Under the pieces are notes generated by a model, which saw only the letters and a list, made by a program, of their open reading frames with translations, was not told the origin of the DNA and made no database searches. This document shows positions 9,998 through 20,008 of a DNA stretch of 64,000 bases, in pieces. The first letter of the stretch is position 1; every line of letters starts with the position of its first letter. The DNA is from a virus (lineage: Duplodnaviria; Caudoviricetes), in the IMG/VR virus record IMGVR_UViG_3300037780_000034, positions 96,001 to 160,000 of that record, one strand, 5' to 3'. Made by a program: the position numbers and the translations under genes.

Positions 9998-10287
9998 ACA
10001 AAAATTTAAAAGCAGAAACTACTATTATGCTTCCTAAATGGATTGATAAAATTTTATGGAAATTTGGGGCAAATAAACGTAAGCGTATTCTGAAATTTTT
10101 TGGGTTTTGGACAGTTGAAGATGAACTTTTTGAAATTCTTTCAGAAGAAATTCGTCACGAGATTGATAATGAAATTTTAGAAAATATTTTACTATCAAAA
10201 AATACACAAGGAGATCATAATTCAGAAGATTATGTAAAATGGATGGCAGAAGTATGGAAAGCCAATGATGAACGAAATAAATTGTAA
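9994..10287 (+). CDS. Hypothetical protein
   Basis: ORF with ATGA coupling. Confidence 0.55.
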   Translation: MNKNLKAETTIMLPKWIDKILWKFGANKRKRILKFFGFWTVEDELFEILSEEIRHEIDNEILENILLSKNTQGDHNSEDYVKWMAEVWKANDERNKL

Positions 10288-10446
10288 TCATTGTGGAACA
10301 AAAATTAAGTTTATTGGGTATACTGGATATCCCATATATTATTTAGGTTCTGGTCCAGATAATCCTCAAGATGCAGAAGTATTTTTCTGTGGTCCTTACT
10401 GCTCCACGCATTACGTTATAAATAAAAAAGAAAAAAAGGAATAACA

Positions 10447-10710
10447 TTGTTTGAAGTTGTGCATATACCAGAACAAAATTATATAAGTTTTTGGGAAATA
10501 AATTATAAATGTAAAGATTATATTCGCAAAGATAATAAAGGAAATATAAAATTATCCAAAGAAATGTATAGTTGGTTAAACGAAAATGTATCAAAATGGT
10601 CTGTTCATTTTGAATTTTATCACGAATACGATATATCAAAAATAATTATAAAATTTTCAAATGAAGAAGAAATGAACAGTTTTGTAGAAAAATGGAATTT
10701 AAATGACTAA
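10447..10710 (+). CDS. Hypothetical protein
   Basis: ORF in operon packing. Confidence 0.5.
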   Translation: MFEVVHIPEQNYISFWEINYKCKDYIRKDNKGNIKLSKEMYSWLNENVSKWSVHFEFYHEYDISKIIIKFSNEEEMNSFVEKWNLND

Positions 10711-10978
10711 ACATATAATACACGTAAATCGTCAACATATCGCTATGAATGCAAAAGATGGAAAAAATCGTCCAGTATATACTATAAAATCTGGAAACAA
10801 AATAAGATATGCTCGTGAAGTTTTCATTGACGGGCCATCAAAACTGGTATATAATGGTAGTCAATTAAGTTGTGGTGCACGTGCTTGGATTACAACAGAT
10901 TCAGAAATCATTTTGATTGATGAAATGACATTTAAGGAAGCGAGAAATATTGATGAAATGGAATCCACAACAGGATAA
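10703..10978 (+). CDS. Hypothetical protein, paralog of 22426..22677
   Basis: Shared IH..R..IA.N..D...RPVY.IK...YAR.V.I.GPS.L.Y...GARA. Confidence 0.65.
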   Translation: MTKHIIHVNRQHIAMNAKDGKNRPVYTIKSGNKIRYAREVFIDGPSKLVYNGSQLSCGARAWITTDSEIILIDEMTFKEARNIDEMESTTG

Positions 10979-12047
10979 TGCTTTAAAAGAAGTAGAAAAA
11001 TGGTTTAAAACAGAAAGTAAAGTAAAACCTATATTTAGAATTTTCGGATTTGCGGGGTCAGGTAAGTCAACTTTAGCCCGTCATTTTGCAGAACATATAA
11101 ATGGAACAGTGTGCTATGCCGCATATACTGGAAAAGCTGCTCTTGTAATGAGGAAAAATGGATGCGTTGGTGCATCTACCATACACAGATTAATTTATAA
11201 AGTAAATCAAGATTCAAAAGGTAATATATCTTTTTCATTAAATAGAGCAAGTGCATTAACGAAAGCATCATTGTTAATTATAGACGAATGCTCTATGGTA
11301 GATGAAAAAATTGCAAAAGACTTGCTTTCATTTAAAGTGCCAATACTTGTATTAGGAGACCCCGCACAGTTACCTCCCGTGAAAGGAGAAGGATATTTTA
11401 CTAACGAAGTTCCAGATGTTATGTTAACTGAAATTCATAGACAAGCTTCTGACAATCCTATTATTTTTCTTGCAAACAAAGTTCGCAATGGTGAAAAACT
11501 AAATTACGGTGACTATGGTGAAAGTAGAATCGTGTCTGAACTTGCAGATGAAATGATTTTTGAAGCTGATCAAGTGTTAGTAGGTAGAAATAATACAAGA
11601 GAAACTTTTAATTCATATGTAAGAAATACTTGTGGAATAAAAGACCTTTATCCCATAGAAAATGAAAAATTAATTTGTTTAAAGAATGATCATAACATTG
11701 GCATATACAATGGAGGCATGTTTACTGTAACGCAGAAATATAATAAAAATTATGATAGTGATTATTGTGTTTTAGGGGTATTAAATGATGATGAAGAATC
11801 ACATCCTTTATATGTAAATGTTCATAATAGTTTTTTTAATCCACTTTATAAAAAACCACATTGGGGTAAACTAAAAGATACACAGCAATTTACGTTTGGA
11901 TATACTATTACAGTAAACAAATCTCAAGGATCGCAATGGGAAAATTGCACAATTATAGATGAATCTTGGTGTTTTCGTGAAGATTGGAACAAATGGTTAT
12001 ATACTGCTATTACACGAGCATCCGAAAAGGTAACAATAATAAAATGA
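10953..12047 (+). CDS. Dda/RecD-like SF1B ATP-dependent DNA helicase
   Basis: GFAGSGKST, IIDECSM, LGDPAQLPPV, LTEIHRQ, TVNKSQGSQW, LYTAITRA. Confidence 0.9.
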   Translation: MKWNPQQDNALKEVEKWFKTESKVKPIFRIFGFAGSGKSTLARHFAEHINGTVCYAAYTGKAALVMRKNGCVGASTIHRLIYKVNQDSKGNISFSLNRASALTKASLLIIDECSMVDEKIAKDLLSFKVPILVLGDPAQLPPVKGEGYFTNEVPDVMLTEIHRQASDNPIIFLANKVRNGEKLNYGDYGESRIVSELADEMIFEADQVLVGRNNTRETFNSYVRNTCGIKDLYPIENEKLICLKNDHNIGIYNGGMFTVTQKYNKNYDSDYCVLGVLNDDEESHPLYVNVHNSFFNPLYKKPHWGKLKDTQQFTFGYTITVNKSQGSQWENCTIIDESWCFREDWNKWLYTAITRASEKVTIIK

Positions 12048-12319
12048 ATGAAACTGATATACAAAATATGGCAGATACTGTTAATACGTGGTTGCAAGAA
12101 GCACCAGAACGTGATAAAATGCTTTTTGTAAAATCTACTAAAAAAGAATTAATAGTATATCATAATACGCTTGGAAGAAAAATTAGAAATTATTTTGAAT
12201 TGTGGAAAAATGAATATACTCCAATTATAGAAAACGGGATAGATATCTCTGAAAATCATCCAGATCAAATAAGTATGAAAGTAATAGAAAAAGTATGGGA
12301 AATGAATAAAAATGAATAA
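12044..12319 (+). CDS. Hypothetical protein
   Basis: ATGA-coupled start at 12044. Confidence 0.55.
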   Translation: MNETDIQNMADTVNTWLQEAPERDKMLFVKSTKKELIVYHNTLGRKIRNYFELWKNEYTPIIENGIDISENHPDQISMKVIEKVWEMNKNE

Positions 12320-12821
12320 TGCAATTATTATGGCAGGAATTCCAGGTAGTGGTAAAAGCACCATTCGTGAAAAGTTTATTAAAAAACTTGATGATTTTGT
12401 TTTTATATACAGCACGGATGATTATATTGAAGATATAGCAAATATACAAGGATCATCTTATAATGATGTCTGGGATACTTATATTCGTGAAGCAACAGAA
12501 ATTCAAAATCAACGACTTGCTGATGAAATATCAAAAGGAACAGATGTTCTTTGGGATCAAACAAATGTTTCTGTTAAAAAAAGAAAATGGGCTATCTCTA
12601 AATTTCCAAAATATTACTCAATAAAATGTGTATGTATTGTTCCTCCACGTAATAAAGATGAAGAAAACGAGTTGTTTACCAGACTAGAAAATAGAAAAGG
12701 AAAACACATACCAAATCATATTATTGCAAATATGATTAATAGCTTTGCAATTCCTGAAAAAATTGAAGGTTTTGATGAAGTTATATTATATAATATATAC
12801 GGAGATAAGATAAATGAGTAG
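12312..12821 (+). CDS. P-loop kinase (AAA_33 / polynucleotide kinase-like)
   Basis: GIPGSGKST, STDDYIE, WDQTN. Confidence 0.75.
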   Translation: MNNAIIMAGIPGSGKSTIREKFIKKLDDFVFIYSTDDYIEDIANIQGSSYNDVWDTYIREATEIQNQRLADEISKGTDVLWDQTNVSVKKRKWAISKFPKYYSIKCVCIVPPRNKDEENELFTRLENRKGKHIPNHIIANMINSFAIPEKIEGFDEVILYNIYGDKINE

Positions 12822-13383
12822 AGATATATGGGTTAGTAGTGATTTGCACTTGTTTCACAGTAATATTTTAACTTTTACAGATTCGGAAGGAAAAAAAGTT
12901 CGTCCAGAATTTTCTAATGTAAAAGAAATGAATGAACATATATTGGAAATGCATAATTCTGTTGTAAAGAAAGGAGATATTCATTATTGTTTAGGCGATG
13001 TATTCATCGGTGATCGTGAAGAATTTAAAAAGTTTTGGCCAAAGTTTAATGGCAGTAAACGTTTGATCGTGGGGAATCATGATCACATAAAATTTTTATC
13101 TACTGGTGGATTTTTTAATAAAATTCAAATGTGGCGTATGTTTCCTGAATTTGGGTTAATGTTTAGTCACGTTCCTTTGCATACTAGTTCTATGATGAGA
13201 CACGTAGACAAAACAAAAAGTTATGCAGAAGGATGCAAGGTTCTATACGGAATCCACGGACATATACATCAAAATAAAAGTCCAGAAGGCCCATATCGTA
13301 ATGTATCAATGGAGGTTATAAATTATACACCAGTTCACATTGAAGATTTAATACAAGAAGCAAAAAATTATTTTAAGGATTAA
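12814..13383 (+). CDS. Calcineurin-like metallophosphoesterase
   Basis: SDLH, LGD, GNHD, HVP, HGHIH. Confidence 0.85.
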   Translation: MSRDIWVSSDLHLFHSNILTFTDSEGKKVRPEFSNVKEMNEHILEMHNSVVKKGDIHYCLGDVFIGDREEFKKFWPKFNGSKRLIVGNHDHIKFLSTGGFFNKIQMWRMFPEFGLMFSHVPLHTSSMMRHVDKTKSYAEGCKVLYGIHGHIHQNKSPEGPYRNVSMEVINYTPVHIEDLIQEAKNYFKD

Positions 13384-13387
13384 TAAT

Positions 13388-13570
13388 ATGGAAATTATTT
13401 TACACTACGTGCTACCAAATATTTTATTATTTACCAGTATATACGCAATAGCTAAATTATGCGAATTCATTATGTGGGAAATGATTTTGTTTATTTCTGA
13501 TCCGTGTGATGATCATAAAATAGGAAGGTTCTTAGACAAAATAGGGGTTGACAACAGCACACAGCAGTGA
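13388..13570 (+). CDS. Small membrane protein
   Basis: Hydrophobic 60-aa ORF. Confidence 0.45.
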   Translation: MEIILHYVLPNILLFTSIYAIAKLCEFIMWEMILFISDPCDDHKIGRFLDKIGVDNSTQQ

Positions 13571-13626
13571 TACTTGTTTGGTAGTCAAGCAGACGTATCT
13601 ACCAACCCATCCTGAAAGGAAAACCA

Positions 13627-13815
13627 ATGGAAACTTTTGCAATCATCACAGTAGCAGTTATCGCCACGTTTTTTGTATTTGGTGCTTACAAAATGTTTAT
13701 GTTCTTCAAAAATGACAACTCGTATAATCGTTATGAATACAAGATTGTTGATGTAGACGGAAATCTGGTTGAAAAGGTGATTGATACCCACGACCCAGAA
13801 TACAAAGACAACTAA
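13627..13815 (+). CDS. Small membrane-anchored protein
   Basis: N-terminal hydrophobic helix; promoter-like TTGACA at ~13548. Confidence 0.55.
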   Translation: METFAIITVAVIATFFVFGAYKMFMFFKNDNSYNRYEYKIVDVDGNLVEKVIDTHDPEYKDN

Positions 13816-13824
13816 ATATGTCAA

Positions 13825-13852
13825 AAATAAGGGGCAGTATTGCCCCTTATTT
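13825..13852. terminator. Hairpin terminator
   Basis: AAATAAGGGGCA-GTAT-TGCCCCTTATTT. Confidence 0.65.
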
Positions 13853-13872
13853 AATTATGAAAGAAGCTCTAT

Positions 13873-14766
13873 ATGACAGATAGAAAATTAACTGATATTT
13901 TTGTTGTGCCACCAATAAGCGTATTAGATGTAAAGCAAAAATATTGGAAAGATAGAAGAAAAAAATGGTTAGAATTAGGAATTCAAAGTGAGTTGGGCAG
14001 AAATGAAAATTTGCTAAAACTTTCAGATTTAATGAGTAAAAAACAAAAATCAACATCTATTTTTGATCCCGTTCTTTGCGAAATAATGTATCTATGGTTT
14101 ACAACCGAAAATGATTATGTAATAGACCCATTCTGCGGTGGTTCTGTTAGAGGAATAATTGCTTCACAACTAAAAAGAAATTATGTAGGAATTGATATAC
14201 GCAAAGAACAGTTGGCGCATAATGAAGAACAAAGTAAAAAGTTATGTATCGGTCATATGCCACGATGGATAGAAGCAGATGGCATTACAAAAGAATTAGA
14301 TGAAAAATTTGATTTCTTTTTTACTTGTCCTCCATATTATGATTTAGAAAAATATTCAGATCAAGAAAATGATCTTTCAAATATGAATCCAAAAACATTT
14401 GAACGTCTATATGAAGATATAATAAGATACCATCTTTCAAATTTAAATGACAACAGATTTGCTGCAATTGTAGTAGGTGACGTTCGTGATAAAAACGGAT
14501 TTTATTTAAAATTTCCTCACAAAACTGTTGAAATATTTGAACGTGCAGGATTAAAACTTTATAACGATATGGTTATATTGCAAGAACCTGCTACTGCAGC
14601 AATGAGGTCATTTAACTATATGAACAGTAGTAGAAAAATTGCAAAATGTCATCAAAATGTTTTAATATTTGTAAAAGGTGACTCTATACAAGCAACGAGT
14701 CGCTTGCCGATTTTCAAAGAACATAAAGAAAATACAGTTTTCAATAATTTGTTTACTACATTGTAA
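13873..14766 (+). CDS. Amino-DNA methyltransferase (N6A/N4C type)
   Basis: SAM-binding DPFCGG and catalytic-like TCPPY. Confidence 0.75.
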   Translation: MTDRKLTDIFVVPPISVLDVKQKYWKDRRKKWLELGIQSELGRNENLLKLSDLMSKKQKSTSIFDPVLCEIMYLWFTTENDYVIDPFCGGSVRGIIASQLKRNYVGIDIRKEQLAHNEEQSKKLCIGHMPRWIEADGITKELDEKFDFFFTCPPYYDLEKYSDQENDLSNMNPKTFERLYEDIIRYHLSNLNDNRFAAIVVGDVRDKNGFYLKFPHKTVEIFERAGLKLYNDMVILQEPATAAMRSFNYMNSSRKIAKCHQNVLIFVKGDSIQATSRLPIFKEHKENTVFNNLFTTL

Positions 14767-14802
14767 ATATCTTAGTGTGTATTAAACACGTAGGAGTGAG
14801 CA

Positions 14803-16020
14803 ATGATAGATAAAAAGTATTTTAAAAATATTATTGATGAATATAAAAAAGATGGCAGATATCGTGTATTCAATAATGTAGTTCGTGAACAAGGTAATTT
14901 TCCCAAAAATATATGGTATGGCAGATATAATATAACTGAAATTGTAAATTGGTGTAGTAATGACTATTTGGGTATGGGTCAAAACAAATTTGTTATAGAT
15001 TCAATGCATACTGCACTCAATAAAACAGGAGCAGGGAGCGGAGGAACAAGAAACATTAGTGGAACTTCGCATTATCATATAACATTAGAAAAAGAACTTG
15101 CTTCATTACATAGAAAACAAAGTGCTTTACTTTTTTCTAGTGCATATGTTGCAAATGAATGGACCCTGATAACACTTGGAAATATAATACCAAATATAGT
15201 TTTTATAAGTGATAGTAAAAATCACGCAAGCTTAATACAAGGAATTCGCCATAGCAGATGCGAAAAACATATTTGGAAACACAATGATTTAACTCACTTA
15301 GAAGAATTACTACAAAAGACACAATCAGAGGGAAAAACCCCTTGCATAGTGTTTGAAAGTGTGTATAGTATGGATGGAGACATATCACCAATTGAATCCA
15401 TATGCGATCTTGCAGACAAATACGAAGCAATAACGTATATAGACGAAGTTCATGCTGTTGGATTATATGGTGATACCGGAGCGGGATACTTAGAAAAACT
15501 AAAGCTACAAGATAGAATTGATATAATAAATGGAACACTTGGGAAAGCATTTGGAGTCATAGGAGGATATATAGCAGGAGACGAAGAAATATTAGATGCA
15601 ATAAGATTAAAGTCAAGCGGATTTATATTTACAACAAGTTTACCTCCTGTTATATGTGCTGGTGCAATAGCTAGTATAAAATATTTAAAAGATCACAATG
15701 AATTAAGATTGGACCATCAAAGTAAGGTAAAACATTTTAAAAATATGCTACAAGATCAAAACATAGAAATACATAAAACAACAAGCACACATATAATACC
15801 AGTTATGATAAAAGATGCAAAACTATGTAAAGATATAAGTGACAGATTGTTAGAAAAACACGGAATTTACTCACAAGCAATACAATATCCAACAGTTTCA
15901 GTAGGACAAGAAAGATTAAGATTTATACCGACGCCATTACATACTGATACAATGTTGTTACAGTGCATAGAGGCTTTGGATGAATGTTTTCGGAATTTTA
16001 ACATAAACAGGAATGCGTAG
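14803..16020 (+). CDS. hemA: 5-aminolevulinate synthase (PLP-dependent, Shemin pathway)
   Basis: [65 protein letters not shown]. Confidence 0.88.
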   Translation: MIDKKYFKNIIDEYKKDGRYRVFNNVVREQGNFPKNIWYGRYNITEIVNWCSNDYLGMGQNKFVIDSMHTALNKTGAGSGGTRNISGTSHYHITLEKELASLHRKQSALLFSSAYVANEWTLITLGNIIPNIVFISDSKNHASLIQGIRHSRCEKHIWKHNDLTHLEELLQKTQSEGKTPCIVFESVYSMDGDISPIESICDLADKYEAITYIDEVHAVGLYGDTGAGYLEKLKLQDRIDIINGTLGKAFGVIGGYIAGDEEILDAIRLKSSGFIFTTSLPPVICAGAIASIKYLKDHNELRLDHQSKVKHFKNMLQDQNIEIHKTTSTHIIPVMIKDAKLCKDISDRLLEKHGIYSQAIQYPTVSVGQERLRFIPTPLHTDTMLLQCIEALDECFRNFNINRNA

Positions 16021-16155
16021 TATGAACGATTATGAACCAAATGACCAATTTCCACCTATAGAAGGAAATAATACAAGAATTGCAGGACCACTCATTTTTA
16101 TCTTCTCAATTGTAATTTTTGTTTTAGTTTTGATATTTTAGTAAAGGATTGGTAA

Positions 16156-16512
16156 ATGAAATTTACTACAACTGAAAACAAATCGTATAGACATAAAATC
16201 GGATATGTCCCAAAACCTTGGATTGAGTATACTTTCAAACCTTATGAAGAATATGAAGATATTTATAAAAGTTCAATCATAAAGTATTTTTACGATAATA
16301 TTAAGTTGTATGATTGGGATATATGTGGTGATGAAACTCACGATTTTGTATTTGAAGATGGAAAAGCATTTCGTCTTGAATATAGTTGGTGGAGTGAATG
16401 GTATCACGAAGATGATGAAAAAAATGGTCTGAAAGATGAATACAACATAACAGAAATATCAATAGAAGAAGCAACCGTTCCAGAAAAAAAGGTAGGAAGA
16501 AATTGGATATAA
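16156..16512 (+). CDS. Hypothetical protein
   Basis: ORF with RBS. Confidence 0.55.
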   Translation: MKFTTTENKSYRHKIGYVPKPWIEYTFKPYEEYEDIYKSSIIKYFYDNIKLYDWDICGDETHDFVFEDGKAFRLEYSWWSEWYHEDDEKNGLKDEYNITEISIEEATVPEKKVGRNWI

Positions 16513-16709
16513 AATATGAGCCAACAGAAGGTTTAATTGTATCAATAGAAAATCTAAAAAAAGATTTTTTAAATGCAGAAACTACATATGATAAATACAA
16601 AGCTTTTGAAAAAGCAATAGAATGGATTAAATCAAGTGACGAAATAAAATGGTATTTGTCAGAAAAATACAAAGAAACACTAGTAAAGTTAGATAGATAT
16701 GAAAAATAG
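16503..16709 (+). CDS. Hypothetical protein
   Basis: ORF in operon packing. Confidence 0.45.
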   Translation: MDIKYEPTEGLIVSIENLKKDFLNAETTYDKYKAFEKAIEWIKSSDEIKWYLSEKYKETLVKLDRYEK

Positions 16710-17181
16710 AATATTTCTAGACCTTGATGGGGTAATGGCAGACTTTGAAGGTCATTTTCAAAGTTATTTTGGAACACGTCACGATTCATTTTCAGATTTT
16801 GAAATGTGGAGAAAGATAGAATCATATAAAACTTTTTTTCTTGATCTTCCTGTTATGGATGGTGCTTTAGAGTTTTTCGATAGTATCAAGCATCTTAATC
16901 CTATTATTCTTACAGCTTGTCCCAAAACAAGCTATAATGTGAGTGCAATACAAAAGAAACAATGGGTTAAAATGAATTTATCTAAAGATATTTTAATTCT
17001 TCCTGTTCTTGGTGGAAAAAATAAAGCATTATTTATGCAAAATCAAGGTGATATTCTGATTGATGATTTCAAAAAGAATTGCGATTCTTGGACGAATTAT
17101 GGAGGAAACGCAATCCTTCATAGTAATTTCGTTGATACAACAAAACAACTTACTAATTTAATGGAAAATAACGATGGGTAG
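16699..17181 (+). CDS. HAD-family 5'(3')-nucleotidase
   Basis: DLDGVMADF, ILTA, LIDD. Confidence 0.8.
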   Translation: MKNRIFLDLDGVMADFEGHFQSYFGTRHDSFSDFEMWRKIESYKTFFLDLPVMDGALEFFDSIKHLNPIILTACPKTSYNVSAIQKKQWVKMNLSKDILILPVLGGKNKALFMQNQGDILIDDFKKNCDSWTNYGGNAILHSNFVDTTKQLTNLMENNDG

Positions 17182-18067
17182 AAATATTTTTGATGTAATA
17201 CAAGATAGAACATTGTGTCAACCGCCAAAATGGTTGCCACAAAATTTGCACTATTGTGTAATAACTGGATCGGTATCATATGCTGTTTCCAGCGATACAA
17301 GTGATATGGATGTCGTTGGATTTTGCATTCCTCCAAAAGAAATGATATTTCCGCATCTTCGTGGAGAAATTTTAGGATTTGGAACTCAAATTTCACGATT
17401 TGAAAATTGGCAGCAACATCATATTATTGATAAGTCTTCAAAACAAGAATATGATTTTAGTATATATTCTATTGTTAAATTCTTTCATCTTGCAATGGAA
17501 AATAATCCAAATATGGTTGATATTATTTTTACTCCGCAAAGGTGTGTATTATACTGTTCTCCGGTTGGACAGCTTGTTCGTGATAATAGAAAAATGTTTC
17601 TACATAAAGGTTCTTATCACAAGATGCGTGGATACTCCTATTCGCAATTACATAAAATAGGAACAAAAGCTAATTCTTCAAATCCAAAACGTCAAGAAAG
17701 CATTGAAAAATATGGGTATGATGTTAAATTTGGATACCACATTGTAAGACTTCTATTAGAAGCAGAACAAATTCTTATAGAACACGATCTGGATATAGAA
17801 AGAAATAGCGAAATATTAAAATCTATTCGTCGGGGAGAATGGTCTGAACAAAAACTTCGTAGTTGGTTTGACGAAAAAGAAAAACATCTTGAAGAACTTT
17901 ACATTAAAAGTGATTTAAGATCGTATCCAAATGAAGAAGAAATAAAACAATTATTATTGACTTGTTTGGAACAACATTACGGATCATTAGATAATGCAAT
18001 CAAACGAGAAGTTCCGGTAGAAAAACTAATTAACGAATTAAAATTAATTGTTGAAAAATACTCATAA
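17174..18067 (+). CDS. Pol-beta superfamily nucleotidyltransferase
   Basis: GSVSY...SDMDVVG; NNPNMVD; YHIVRLL. Confidence 0.8.
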   Translation: MGRNIFDVIQDRTLCQPPKWLPQNLHYCVITGSVSYAVSSDTSDMDVVGFCIPPKEMIFPHLRGEILGFGTQISRFENWQQHHIIDKSSKQEYDFSIYSIVKFFHLAMENNPNMVDIIFTPQRCVLYCSPVGQLVRDNRKMFLHKGSYHKMRGYSYSQLHKIGTKANSSNPKRQESIEKYGYDVKFGYHIVRLLLEAEQILIEHDLDIERNSEILKSIRRGEWSEQKLRSWFDEKEKHLEELYIKSDLRSYPNEEEIKQLLLTCLEQHYGSLDNAIKREVPVEKLINELKLIVEKYS

Positions 18068-18134
18068 CTACGTATTGACATTGTGACACTATGTGTTATA
18101 GTGTCAATACACCAATTAGAAAAGAGATTTCATC

Positions 18135-18572
18135 ATGATAGAAAATATTTATGATTTTAAATATGACAAAAAATCAATATCAGCAATTATAAGTTCTATC
18201 AAAGTATTAGAACGAGAACTTGGTCCTATCGGTAAAGAAAAACTGATTAATATGTTGGATGCTTTTGATCCTGAATTGAAATTAGATATTTTGACGTTTT
18301 ACGTTATTGGTGAAAGCAGTTGTAAAATGGTTTTCAATATCGGCAAAAAAGCAAATACAAAAAGAGAAGATCGTAAAATCATCAATGCAATCAAAGAAGT
18401 TCGGTCAATTAGTGGACTTGGATTACGAGAAGCAAAAGATATTATTGATGAAGTTGAAAATAAAAATGGATTTGTAGAATTAAGAATAAATCGTGATTTT
18501 GATCATGATTATTCAATCGTTCACGATAATTTTATTAACTCAATGTATAAATGGGGTTATGAAGTTGTCTAA
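18135..18572 (+). CDS. Protein with ribosomal protein bL12 C-terminal-like motif
   Basis: KIINAIKEVRSISGLGLREAKDIID resembles bL12 KIxVIKxVRxITGLGLKEAKDLVE. Confidence 0.6.
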   Translation: MIENIYDFKYDKKSISAIISSIKVLERELGPIGKEKLINMLDAFDPELKLDILTFYVIGESSCKMVFNIGKKANTKREDRKIINAIKEVRSISGLGLREAKDIIDEVENKNGFVELRINRDFDHDYSIVHDNFINSMYKWGYEVV

Positions 18573-18811
18573 AAAAATATTTTCAATAAAAACAAAAAAG
18601 AAAATTATTTATTTTCTTTTATCAGATGACTGGAAAACAAAAACTCCTTGGGTCCATAAAGGAAATAATATTAGATATATAGATTTTCGCATTGAAATAT
18701 CAAAAAAACATAATTATAGTGACATTAAACTAAAATATTATTATATTGGACCTTTTGCTATATTGTCTGGAAAAAGACTTGAAAATTTAAACAAGGTAAG
18801 GAAAGATATAC

Positions 18812-19270
18812 ATGAGTCTTATTAACAAGCTAAAAGAAACTATGGAAGAACTTGAAAAAGCTAAAATAGTTGGTTTAGAAAATCAACATAATGCGTCAGT
18901 AGACGCAATTAAAAGAGAACGTCAACAAACTAAACAATGGTTAGATTCAATTAAAGATACGTTGATTTCACAAATTAACGAAGGAAAAATTCCTTTAAAG
19001 AAAATAAAAAGTTATGAAAAGAAATCTTGGGTTAAGAAGTGTTTCTTAGGAAATGCTGAACATCAAGATATTTGGAATGATTTTCAAAGTTTCTGGAAAA
19101 GTGAGGGATTGTATGTTATATATGAAGAAGGTCATGATGGTATGGGAATGGAAGAGTGGATCAACTTATCTTTAAAAGTATCACCGCCAAGAATGCGTTC
19201 TCCGGAATTTAACAAAACTACCAGATATGGTTTAAAAGGCGATTTAAGCGTAGGAGATTATAGAGGATGA
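18812..19270 (+). CDS. Hypothetical protein
   Basis: ORF; EGHDGMGMEEWI motif. Confidence 0.6.
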   Translation: MSLINKLKETMEELEKAKIVGLENQHNASVDAIKRERQQTKQWLDSIKDTLISQINEGKIPLKKIKSYEKKSWVKKCFLGNAEHQDIWNDFQSFWKSEGLYVIYEEGHDGMGMEEWINLSLKVSPPRMRSPEFNKTTRYGLKGDLSVGDYRG

Positions 19271-19518
19271 AAGTAAAAGAACTTATTGAACAATTGAATT
19301 CACTTGATCCAGAAATGGATATTTATATTCAAAAAGATAGTGAAGGAAATGGATTTGAAAAATTGAGTGGTGCTGATCCAGATGGTGTATTAATTCAATT
19401 TGATAAATATGAATTTGAAATTTATGATGCAAGTTGGGATGCAACAGAAGCCGATATGGACGAAGATGAATGGGAAGAATATAAAGCTAATCCTCGTGTA
19501 TTAGTATTATATCCTTAA
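19267..19518 (+). CDS. Hypothetical protein
   Basis: MKVKELIEQL...DSEGNG. Confidence 0.6.
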   Translation: MKVKELIEQLNSLDPEMDIYIQKDSEGNGFEKLSGADPDGVLIQFDKYEFEIYDASWDATEADMDEDEWEEYKANPRVLVLYP

Positions 19519-19523
19519 TAAAA

Positions 19524-19754
19524 ATGATAGAAGTAAATAGTTTGGCATCACTGTTTGAACCTTGCACGTGTGAGCCAAGATACACGATTGAGCTACACGG
19601 TAACGGATACGCTCTATATTATGGTCGCTGTATGCATCGTCACGGTTATAACCTTGTATACTTAAATGACCCCGCACTTAACTGTGATTTAAAAAAAATT
19701 GAAGCACTATTAAATCTTGGTAATACAGAATATAAAAAGTTAAAAAATGAGTGA
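19524..19754 (+). CDS. Hypothetical protein
   Basis: ORF in operon packing. Confidence 0.5.
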   Translation: MIEVNSLASLFEPCTCEPRYTIELHGNGYALYYGRCMHRHGYNLVYLNDPALNCDLKKIEALLNLGNTEYKKLKNE

Positions 19755-19992
19755 TGCAATTAAAAAAGCGAGACTTTCAGTTTCTGCACTTGGCATAAGT
19801 GAAATAAGTGCTGTTGCAAATGACGAAACATTACAAGAATTATTTGCACAAAAACAAGAACTTATTGCAGAAATGAACAAACAAAAAAGAAAAGCTGCTG
19901 ACGAAGCTGCTAAACCATATATGGAAGCAATAGAAGAAATTGACAAAATGTATGCTTTTATTTTAATATTATTAGGAAATAACGAAGATTAA
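19747..19992 (+). CDS. Coiled-coil hypothetical protein
   Basis: ORF in operon packing. Confidence 0.55.
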   Translation: MSDAIKKARLSVSALGISEISAVANDETLQELFAQKQELIAEMNKQKRKAADEAAKPYMEAIEEIDKMYAFILILLGNNED

Positions 19993-20008
19993 TTAAAAGG
20001 AAGTTTTA

